Shown here piece after piece: positions 23,969 through 34,471 of a stretch of 64,000 nt of DNA (positions within the stretch are counted from its first letter, which is position 1; the number at the start of each line of letters is the position of its first letter). The DNA comes from Lytechinus pictus (lineage: Eukaryota). Both the position numbers and the translations under genes were made by a program. The stretch covers positions 7,442,001-7,506,000 of the forward strand of contig NC_087250.1 of NCBI RefSeq assembly GCF_037042905.1, written 5' to 3'. A model generated the notes under the pieces. That model did no database searches, was not told where the DNA came from, and saw only the letters and a list, made by a program, of their open reading frames with translations.

Positions 23969-25199
23969 TATAGCAGCTTTCTGCAATCGCTGTATCCCAT
24001 GCCAGAGGCGGCGTGCCCCTGTCCCTGCCCTTCGTGCTCCCCTCAAACCCATTTCAGCTAGCAAACCTTTTCAACGCATTGCTGTGGATATAACTGAGCT
24101 CCCAATCACTCCCCGTGGCAACCGTTATGTGTTAGTTATCATGGATTATTTCACCAAATATGTCAACCTATATGCAATGGCTAACCAGAAAGCTGCAACA
24201 GTCGTGGACTGCCTGTTCGATAAATTTGTTTGTCAACATGGCATCCCTGAATCCATTCATTCGGACCAGGGTCGTCAGTTTGAATCTAACATTGTTGCCG
24301 CCCTATGTAAAAGACTTGAGATATCAAAGACCCGTACTACTCCATACCATCCTCAGTCAGATGGTATGGTTGAGCGCCACAATCGGACGCTCAAGAATGA
24401 AATCGGAAAGCGGCTCTCTGGTGCCCTCACTGACTGGGACCTTGTTCTCAATCAACACCAACTTGCATATAATACCACGCCCCACTCTACTACTGGATTT
24501 ACCCCTTTCTTCCTTGTTCATGGGCGTGAGGCTCGTTTGCCCCTCACAATCTTAACATCATCCTCCCCTGTACCCTCTTCCCATATGTCAGATGATTATG
24601 CTGCGGCAGTGCTTAATCGTCTCCACTCCGCATTTCAACAAGCTGATGCTAAGACAGAAAAGGCACGGGATCGACAAAAGTTTCAGTATGACAAGTCTAC
24701 ACGATTTGTCCCATATGAAGTTGGTGATGTAGTGCTTATCACTGATCCTGCTGCATCTCATGATAAGCTAGCTGCTAAGTGGAAAGGCCCGTATCGCATC
24801 ATGCGAAGAGATGATGATGGTATCCGTTACCATCTTGCTGATGCTTCGAACCCCGGATCCCCCCATAAGGTGATTCACTATAATCGCCTTAAACCGTATC
24901 TCGCCCCCACCCTGCAATCATCTCATTCAAATTCTCCCCAACCCAGACCCCGCCGCGTCGATGAACACCAATACACCTTGAGTGATGATATATTGCCCAT
25001 TTTTGTCCCGTTATCTGATAACCATGCCAACCAACCCATCCCCGCCCCCAGCCCTCCCTCTGCTACACATGGGTCGACCACACCTTCCCCTTCCCATGAT
25101 GCCCATGCCCGCAATCATGACCCCCGATGTCGTACTCGATCAGGTCGCATTGTTAGGCCCCCTGATTATTTTGGTACTCCTATCTCAGATTCTGTATGA
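23946..25199 (+). CDS. pol: Integrase (rest of pol, out of frame with the upstream part)
   Basis: FWPGM...CNRCIPC; catalytic D (IAVD), D (HSDQG) and E (MVERHN); GPY motif WKGPY. Frame break at ~23940-23946. Confidence 0.92.
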   Translation, partial: FWPGMRGDIAAFCNRCIPCQRRRAPVPALRAPLKPISASKPFQRIAVDITELPITPRGNRYVLVIMDYFTKYVNLYAMANQKAATVVDCLFDKFVCQHGIPESIHSDQGRQFESNIVAALCKRLEISKTRTTPYHPQSDGMVERHNRTLKNEIGKRLSGALTDWDLVLNQHQLAYNTTPHSTTGFTPFFLVHGREARLPLTILTSSSPVPSSHMSDDYAAAVLNRLHSAFQQADAKTEKARDRQKFQYDKSTRFVPYEVGDVVLITDPAASHDKLAAKWKGPYRIMRRDDDGIRYHLADASNPGSPHKVIHYNRLKPYLAPTLQSSHSNSPQPRPRRVDEHQYTLSDDILPIFVPLSDNHANQPIPAPSPPSATHGSTTPSPSHDAHARNHDPRCRTRSGRIVRPPDYFGTPISDSV

Positions 25200-26470
25200 T
25201 TTTCAATGATTGCCTTCTATTTTTTCATCTCTATTGTTCCGATATCCGGTTGTTGCAGTTTGGGTATTCTATTCATTTCTTTTTTTGTATATGTACATAT
25301 ATTTTATCTTTGTTCTTAGCTAGTATGTAGGTTTTATATTACACTTTTGAACTATGTTCTTTTTCCGTATTTTACTATTACATATGCATGTGGTTAATTT
25401 GGTGTGTGTATTGTTTCATACTGTTGATGTAGCATATCACTATTCACAAACTTCAATCACTTCAGAGTTCGCACTCACTTTGCATCTACGTAGTATTTCC
25501 ATGTGTACTTCACTCTCAGTTTCCATGCTACATGCTTTTGGCATGTTTTCCGAATACTTAAAATTATGATACCTCTTTCATGTTTATGGCTGATGAAATT
25601 TTATGCCATCATCGATTTCACTGAAACATTCTTTTCAATTGCTACAACATCCTAATCAGTATGAAACGTACATACATGTAATGTAAATATGTTTTGTGTC
25701 TTCTGATTTTTTTTTAGGTTAGCATTTATGCCATTAGCTATTTTCTGTAAGTTGTCAGTTTATTTTTTTCATTGTTTACATGTAGGTTTATGGATAGATA
25801 TTCGTTGATATACAATATACTTTCATTGCATTTCTTTATTTCACATTACATGATATCTGATCATTGTTATTTCTAACATGCACAGTCAATTTGCAGTTCA
25901 ATCCACATTGGGTTGTATTTTTTTTAGACCACTCATAAGTAGTTTCTGCCTGATAAATGAAATTCTGTACAGTCAAAATATAGTTTTGGTTGATAATGAT
26001 AGATTCTTGGTATTTATTTTTTTATCCCACTTTCCAAAATATACTGCACTAAATGCTTTGAATTCCAGTGCTTAACCACTGTCAAGCCAAGGACTCGTTT
26101 AGTGAGAATTCCCTGGTCAGACCTACCAACATAAGTGTTATGATGACATATGTGTTGCTAAATTGCAAACCATGGTCAATTTTTTTTAAAGATGCATTTC
26201 CCTATTCACTAGTGCACAGACAATGATACAAGATTTTGTTTCTCTTTCATCATATCAAAACTATACATTGACTTTAATTATATTCCTGTTTATGTTTAAA
26301 TGATTGCACTTATTATGCTGAAGTGGTGTATTCCTTTTGACATTTTGATAGTATACCAGCCCCCATTTTTGTCCCTTTTGTATTTTCCGTCATATTCATT
26401 TTGATCCTACCTATAATACTGTCCTCCATATATAATTATCAATTTGTTTAGAAACGAGGACGTTTCTTTT

Positions 26471-26481
26471 AGAAAGATGGG
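26471..26481 (+). promoter_or_regulatory. Polypurine tract
   Basis: AGAAAGATGGG just upstream of the 3' LTR. Confidence 0.6.
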
Positions 26482-26486
26482 TCGAA

Positions 26487-27232
26487 TATAACACTCTGCA
26501 TTTCATATTTTTGTAAAACTGATAATACTTTTAAACATGCTTGGATGTTTGTGTAAACTCACAAACTCCAGATAGTAAATCGGTCGAAAGTAAGCTCAAT
26601 GCTCTTTTGTCCATTGACACAACTCCTTTTGTTTAGAGCAAATGACCACACACCCATCACCTGTTTGCACAGATTGATGTGGTAGCCTTATCCCTGCATT
26701 GTGGTTACTGTTCCTCCTAAAAGGCGATAACGAGGTATCGTTTATCCTCCATCCAACCTCCTTCCCAGATAATAGCTCCATGACTTCAGGTGCAAATAAA
26801 CTTTCATTTTTGTTATGCTCCACCCTTCTTTCCTGATTAGTCGATACATTGTTTAACTCCTCCCCCCTAATGGTGCAAAACTAGGAGTTGTACCCCCAAA
26901 ATAGGTAAGAAATGACTTCTCTTCTCCGTCTCTTGACGAGAGGACATCGTGTGCTTGGTCTCCCTCGCCATCCCTTTTTAGGGGCTACCATATGGCCTTT
27001 GTTGGGGAGTACCGGATATTATAACAGCCGTCTTATAACAAGCTATATTTTGTACAACTGTATATATATATATTTTATATCTTCGTCTTTGATCAATGTT
27101 CATCTTTGGAATAAAGCTACTGATGAACTGTATCATTGTGTGACAGAGTATTGATTTGTCTCATCATATCTTGTAACACTGAACAATAACCCCGCTACCA
27201 CACTTCATCTATATAATATTTCAAGTGTTACA
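26487..27232 (+). repeat. 3' LTR (746 bp)
   Basis: Direct repeat of 17948-18693. Confidence 0.95.
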
Positions 27233-27439
27233 TTTATATATACTGAAACATTTCACCAAAGCAGATATTTATAGAATATATTTACTACATTCGAACCTTC
27301 TGACGAATACGGAACCAAACGGCGGCTTTCCGTTCGTATCGGCAAAAATTTCAACCAGTCTTTTGGATCTGGCAGTCCCGATCAGCTAGCCGTTTGGTAC
27401 TGACACAGTTTCGTAGATAAGTACCAAATGTATATACCT

Positions 27440-30250
27440 GTATTATACAATGGGACAAGTTACAAGGAATGTCAGTGGTCTAGTATGTGCAAAAATCCGC
27501 GATGGGTCCAAAAAATTGATTCTGAAATGGCTGCTAGTACTTAAAGCGGACATAGCTCATTTCATATCGGCCCGGGAGATGTGACTTCAATGTCTAAACC
27601 ACTGAATTCAAGGGTCAAATAATACATAAGGATAAGTTACAAGGACAGTCAGTGATCTGATATGTCCAAAAATCGAAGATGGCTTCCACAAATTGATCTT
27701 AAAAATAGGCTGCTGTTACTTAAAACGGGCATAGCTTATTTCATATCGGCATGGGAGATGCGATTTTGGTGTCTAAACCACTGGTTTTAAGGGTAAAAAT
27801 ATTCATTAGGACAAGTTTTCAGGACAGTCAGTGGTCTGGTATGACCAAAAATCCAATATGGCTTCCAAAAATTGATTCTAAAATGGCTGCTTATACTTAA
27901 AAGTGGCATATCTCATTTTATATCCGCCTGTGATTTGATTTCGGTGTCTTAACTGGTTTTAAGGGTCAAATCATATATTAGGACAAGTTACAATGACAGT
28001 CTGTGATCTAGTACATGTATGTCCAAAATTCCAAGATGGCTTCCAAAAATGGAGTAAAAATATGTCTGATGTTACTTATAAAAGGACATAGTTTGTTCAA
28101 TATCTGTCTGAGGAATATGAGTTCGGTGTCTAAACCATAAACGGTCAAGTAACACACTAGGGTAAGTTATAAGACCAGTAAGTTGTTTATATGTTAAAAA
28201 AATCCTAGATGACTTCAAAAATGGGGTGAAACTTGACTGTTGTTAATTAAAATTATACATAGTTTATTAGAAATACACCTCGGAGGTATGATTTTACTGT
28301 CTACACTAAAGTTCAAAGGGTCAAGTATTACATTGGGTTGAATTGAAAGGACAGTCAGCTGTCTGGTATGTCCGAAAATTGAAGATGGCTTAAAAAATGG
28401 GGGTCTTAAATTACTGTTGTTACTTAAAATTAGATATAGAACATTACAAATACACATTGGGGATATTATTTTGGTATCTACACTAGGGTTTCAAGGGTAA
28501 AAAAATACTTTGTGACTGGTTACCATGATATGCACTTATCCATTTTGCCTTAAAATCCAAGTTGGCTGTAAAAATGGGTTTTAAAGTGGCTGCTGTTACT
28601 TAAAAATTGACATAGTTCATACAATATCCACCTGTGAGTAATAATCTTGGTGCTTACACTTGAATGCATGGGGATAAATTATCATATTTTTTCATGAATT
28701 GGTAACAGCACCCATTTTTATGAAATTTTAGAATCCGCCATGGATTTTTTTGACAAAATGGAATACTAACCATCCTTGTTACTTGTCCGAATGTATTACT
28801 TGACCCTTCATTCCAAAATTTAAACACTAACATTATTTCTTACAGATAGATATTGCTGAACTCTGACCATTATTGAGTGATATGAGTCGTTTTAGATGCC
28901 TTTTTTGAAAACCCTCTTAGACAACTGTCATATCTTCTTGGTGGATTTTAAATAAACTATGTCAATTTTTAAAGTAACATCAGTCATTTTAGACTCCGAT
29001 TCTTGGAAGCTATCTTGGAATTTCGACATACTGGACCACTGAATGTCTTGTAACTAATTTTCTGACTTTTAAAACCATGGTAAAGACATCAAAATCATAT
29101 ACCCTTGATGGATATTACATGAGCTATATCCATTTGTAAATACCAGCGGCTAATTTATACTATTTTTAAGCCACTGTGGACTTTTGGACACACTTGACCA
29201 CCCATCGTCCTTGTAACTTTTACGGGTCGTGTGATCCAGTGGTTAGAGCATTGGACTCATAATCGCAAGGTTGTGAGTTCGAATCCCAACTCTGCCATTG
29301 TCTCCACTTTGATAAAAAGGCCAAAGAGTGATATCTGTCGTCTATTACGTCAGCCACTATGACTGATTAACCTAGACGTAAAATGTTTCCAAGGTAATTG
29401 GTTATATACCAGCTTGGCATTTACCAGCAAAAAATGCTGTCCTGCCGAGTTCCTACGGGAGTTACCACAAACAGAAACAAACAGAAATGTATCATTTGAC
29501 CAATTTAACCACGGTATAGGCAAAAAAATTCATATTCCCGGATATTGAACAAAATATGTTGTTGTTTTTCTTAAAGTAGAAACAGCATTTTTTTAAATCC
29601 ATTTTTGGAAGCCATCTTTGATTTTTTAATATACTGGACCACTGACTGTCCCTGTAACTTGTCCCAATGTATTATTTAAACAATTGAAAGCATGGTCTAG
29701 ACACCGAAATCATATTTCCCAGGTGGATATTATATGAGCTATGTCAATTTTAAGTATTAACAGCCATTTTAAACTCAATTTTAGGAAGCCATCTTGGATT
29801 TTTGGACACACCAGACCACTGGCTGTCCTTGTAACTTGTACCGATGTACTACTTCACCATCAAATCATTGAATAAAAACAAAATTAAAGCCACTTAAGTA
29901 ATAGATGAATTTGGGTTTTTTTGCCTCCGGCAGCCATTTTGGGCGCCATCTTGGAATTTCCTGGTACCCAGGCCAATAATCACTCTAACCTGCATCAATA
30001 AATTATTTTACCCACTGGACCATGGAATATGAACCCAAATAAGATTCTAGGGTGGATAATGAGTGAGTTATATCCACTTTCAGTGAATGGCGGCCATCTT
30101 GGACGCCATCTTGAAAATAACTACTTTCCCATATGCGGATTTCGGCAGATTTTTAGTATGTTATTCCTGAGGTTAAATAGTACAAAAAAACCATTAAAAG
30201 ATAATTTGTTGCAATTTGTTCCGGGTCAAACCATATACTGACCAGTCTAA
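27440..30250. repeat. Fold-back array of ~180-bp tandem units (forward ~27450-28670, inverted ~28700-29850) with a unique right end
   Basis: Unit GGACAAGTTACAAGGACAGTCAGTGGTCTG...AAAAATCCAAGATGGCTTCC starts at ~27452, 27631, 27809, 27981, 28160 and 28336. Reverse-complement units such as GGAAGCCATCTTGGATTTTTGGACA...GTCCTTGTAACTTGT lie to the right. Confidence 0.85.
29224..29487 (+). mobile_element. tRNA-derived SINE, family A, inserted in the fold-back array
   Basis: Near-identical to 5985-6244; interrupts a 180-bp unit. Confidence 0.88.
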
Positions 30251-30329
30251 TTCATCTGGGCACTTGACCAGCACAACTAGTACGATAATATGCCAACGGC
30301 AGTCTGTACTTTACAGGAAGAAGATGAAG

Positions 30330-30377
30330 AAGTCGACGTTTCGACAAGAGTGTTCTTGACTGTCGTCTCCTGAACTT
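30330..30377 (-). ncRNA. Degenerate minimal type I hammerhead ribozyme-like motif (Penelope-type), core mutated
   Basis: Minus strand reads AAGTT-CAGGAGA-C-GACAG...TTGTC-GAAAC-GTC-GACTT. Stems I and II pair, but the CUGANGA core reads CAGGAGA. Confidence 0.45.
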
Positions 30378-31249
30378 TGCAGGATCAACACTTGCCAAAG
30401 AAAGGCACGTGGTGTACCGGGAAGACGGGTCGATGCTTAAAGCAAATACGAACCAGCATAGTATTAACCTCAAGTTTTCCCATAATGCATCATTCTGAGC
30501 AGTCTATTATTGAATTACAAGACCACTTGAGTGACACCTGAGTTTTTGCAGTGTACAGAGTGCTTAATATACCCCAATTTCTCTCATTAGCACCAAATGT
30601 GGTGCTGCTATGATTGTCCCTACCAGCATGTCCAGTGGGATTCAAAAATCGGCACATTTTTCTTAGTGTGTACAGCATAATGTTTAAATCAACCTAAACT
30701 TGGTTAATCAGATCAAAGGATTGAGAGAGAAAGAGAGAAAAAAGGCATGCATGTAAATATTTTTTTTGTTCGTACATGGGAGTGATGAGGACGAAAAATA
30801 CAAACAAACAAAATGAAAGTTTTGCAGTGTGGTCTTCATGTAATGTACGGTACTTCTGAACAAATAGGGATGAGTTAAGAAGGAAACCTTACAGTGTAAT
30901 TTTGTTTGAATAAAGAACATGTTAAACTATGAAACGTTGATCATAATTATTTAATGACTCCATTTTGGGGGCATAAGTCTTCTTAGTGGTGTGTGCATTG
31001 GAGCGTACAGCGTGTGATTCATAGTAGTTGAAAGATTCACCCCCCCCCCATATTTAATTATTTAATTATTCAGTTGTCTTCATGTACGCTAGGATTGCTG
31101 TTTATGGGGTCAATATTTATAAGAATGCAAATTATAATCATTTTTTTTATGTATGCCTGGATTACTATCAACACTGCAAAAACTCCGGTGTTGATTTAAC
31201 ACCAGCCCGGAATCTATATAGTCCACACCAAATGATTGTTAGCCGAAAT

Positions 31250-31595
31250 GGGTTAAGACAAAGTGATAGCGAACCAACTGAAGTTAGACCAAGTGGAACA
31301 TGGACGAAATGAGAGTAGACCAAGTGGTTATTGGACCAATTGGCTATTAGGCCAAAAGGTATAGACGTAATGATATTACACAAAGTGGATATTGGATCAA
31401 TTGAAGAAAAATACAATTAGACTAAATGATGATAAATAAAACGGCTATTAGACCAACTGGCTATTAGACGAGATGGTAATTAGACGAAATGGTTATTGGA
31501 CTATGTTGAAAGTTGACTAACTAATGTTAGACGAAATTATATCAGACCATGCGATAGTGGGGAAAAGGGCAGTAGACGAAATGGCAATAAACCGA
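31250..31595. repeat. ~15-bp TAGACGAAATGG-type minisatellite element
   Basis: Repeated (T/G)AGAC(G/C)AA(A/C)TGG; relatives at 37735-38140, 44590-45066, 47875-47955 and 57560-57720. Confidence 0.75.
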
Positions 31596-32350
31596 TAAAT
31601 ATCCATACAAAGAGTAATCCTGATTTCCAAATCACTTAATTCTGTTTCTCATGTCTAAAAATACTTAGTGAAAGCGTATTTTTTATCATATCTGTAGCTC
31701 GAGTCTTGAAGAAAATACCGCTGTGACATTATGCGTTGCGACATGTGGCGTTATGCGTGCGACATTATGCGTTGCGACATTATCGGTTGCAAGCCCCCGA
31801 AGCTACCGCCATTTTGTTTAATCCATTAGAAGCTAAAATAAGCCCTCATTAATATTAATTTCGTACGATGCTCCCTCGTCAACTGTGGTTTTGTACGTGT
31901 ATTAGACAATACGCACATCAGCGCAATGACAAAGGTCAACTTGGCAAATTCATTAATGTATTCATTTTGTTACGCGCTCGTGACGCGAAGGATTCAGCGA
32001 ATCAAGCAAGGGCAAATCTGAGACGATACGTTGCGCTCTATAAAGTATCGATATCACAAGCGATATCACTTATAAACAAAGCATTGTTTGTATTGCGTCT
32101 TATAGGCCTTTGCTAATTCCAAAAGGGAAGATGAAAAGGGTAGATCGAGTCGTGATTAGGTAAAGAGGTCTCTAGTGCTTTTGCAATCCCTAAATCGTAA
32201 TTACCATACTTGTAACTCATGATGAAACGGGCCCTAATTTATCATGTTTAATACGTTTCCTGTGAATCCTGTCCCCTTTATTCTCCAGCATTTCTTACTC
32301 TGTTTTTTTTTTTCCATTTAATCATTTTCCCACTTTCTCCTACATATGTA

Positions 32351-33157
32351 GAGCTCATTTTCAAAAGGGGTTAGGTCCATTTTTCATCAAACTTGATTCT
32401 TATGTCTTAATGTAAAGATTTTTAGTAGCTATATAAGATGATACCATAGAAAAGTTGAAATTCCTATTAAAAAGTGAACTAATATGGCAAAGAAAAATCA
32501 CCTTTTTTTCAAAAGGGGTTAGGTCCATTTCAGTTTAGTTGCAAAAGGGGTTAGGTCCACACAGACTTTTTTTGGAAAATAATATCTTAAAAAATATGAA
32601 GACAAGTAGATATCTTTTATACCCAATTTCATGTTCTCATGGTAGGGTATCATGAAAATTCAGTTTCGCATAAGAATATTGCAATATGGGAGAATTAAAA
32701 AAGAATTATTTTCTTGGAGTGGACCTAACCCCTTTTGCAACTAAACTCTTCTGAAGAACTCATTTGTCAAAAGGGGTTAGGTCCATTTTTCATATATTTT
32801 ATTGTTTTCTGTCTCTAAACCTCTAAATTTTCAGTCACTCTGATGATACCAAAGAAAATTTGAAATTCAAATGAAAACGTGAATGGAAGTGGCAAAAAAA
32901 AATCACTTTTTTAATCAAAAGAGATTGGATTCACTTCAATTTACTTGCAAAAGGGGCTAGGTACACAATTATATTTTTGTTTTAGTATATAGAAAAAAAT
33001 TGAAGACGGGTAGATTTCTTTTATACCCAATTTTATGTTCACATGATAGAGTAGTACATCATGACAATTTAGTTTCTCATAAGAATATTGCAATAAGTGA
33101 GAATAAAAACTCTCGGAATGGTCCAAAGTGGCCCTAACCCCTTTTGCAACTAAACTC
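32351..33157 (-). mobile_element. Second copy (inverted) of the GAG...CTC element at 10091-10912
   Basis: CCCCTTTTGCAACTAAACTC end; ORF-track peptide fragments are shared between the copies (KSLVAKGV, QYSY.K.NC.DVL.YHVNIKLG). Confidence 0.75.
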
Positions 33158-34136
33158 TTCATATATTTCCTTCTTCTTTTCCCACTTGTTACCCGTCTCC
33201 TGGTTTCCATAAATCTCGTCTTATTTCTCTTCCACCCCTTTTGTTCCTACTTCCCACATTCTAGCTCTCTTACCACCCCCCCCCCTCTAAATTATCTCTT
33301 CATATGTGCCCCTCCATTTCTTTCTCATCTCTTTTCAATCCACTTCTCATCAATCTTTCCCTCTCTCGATCTTCATCTCATTTTGAATTTTGCAAATTCC
33401 AAATCCCTTTCATTTTAGCTCTGTACAAATACTATATGAACACAAATGAAAGACATAAAGGAATTCTCTGGTTAGTGGTGAATTTTATTAATTAGCCATA
33501 AAAAATATCACATTATCAGAGGATTAAGCTTTACCTTTTTCTTAAGCGTATGTTAATACTTTGAACCAAAAAGAATATTTTTTTTTGTATGCTGGGGCAG
33601 CGATCCTGGGGAGGGGGGGGGCACAGTTCCCCCTACTTCTTTAAGCACTGAAAAGTGCCTTTTTATGCAAGAAAAATGCCCCCTCACGAACGTGTACTGT
33701 GTCCCTTTTACCTGACGAGAACGCTGTTTTAGATGTTACCAAGTGCTCTTCCTTGTATGCAATTTTTAAACCCCAAAATGCCCCCCCCCCTCCTGGAACG
33801 TGTTCTGTGCCCTTTCATCTGAGGGCCCGTTTCATGTGTTAAAGAGTGCCCCCTCGCCTTCTTGTAAGTGCCCTTTCTCGAATCACTGCCCCCTTTTACC
33901 CAAGAAAAGTGCTCCTAAAGAACTTGTTCTGTGCCCCTTTCACCTGAGAAGGACCCTTTTTAATGGCCACCATGACGATTGCCCTTTGAAACAAGAAAAC
34001 AATATTCTCATTTCGATAATATACTTATGAAGGAAATCCTTTGTGCATTAAGTTTAATAATTCATGAGTGGGGGTATATAAGCAGTTTCGTACAGATGGA
34101 GGGGGGGCTTGAAGGACTCTTGCCCCCCCCCCCCCC

Positions 34137-34173
<37 letters not shown>

Positions 34174-34471
34174 CGACCAAGAAAAAAAAAGAGAAAAGGG
34201 TGAAATATTTTAGATTTTCTTTTTTAAAATGTCAAAATTTTGCTCGCTCGCAACTTCTTAAAAAATTCACATAATACAGCATTTTCCCTATGCCCCCCCA
34301 CTTTCAACTTCACTCCGCCGCTCCTATTTGTATGTTTCTAGCTTCTCCTTTTGCAACCAGTTTTAATGAAAATCAACAAGAAATTTCATACGTCATGAAT
34401 TTGGGGTTGTGATAATAATTTTTTTGTTGTTGAAAAATTGGACTTGGAAAAAAAAACCCTTTCCATCTTCA

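Larger units (their letters stand above)
17948..27232 (+). mobile_element. Full-length Ty3/Gypsy LTR retrotransposon (~9.3 kb), very recent insertion
   Basis: Two 746-bp LTRs, PBS, PPT, gag, and pol in PR-RT-RH-IN order; inserted in a (TA)n run. Confidence 0.97.

Noticed and set aside
25200..26470. Possible env or third ORF in the long 3' region of the Gypsy element
   Set aside because: AT-rich with only short ORFs (<=71 aa) and no glycoprotein features.
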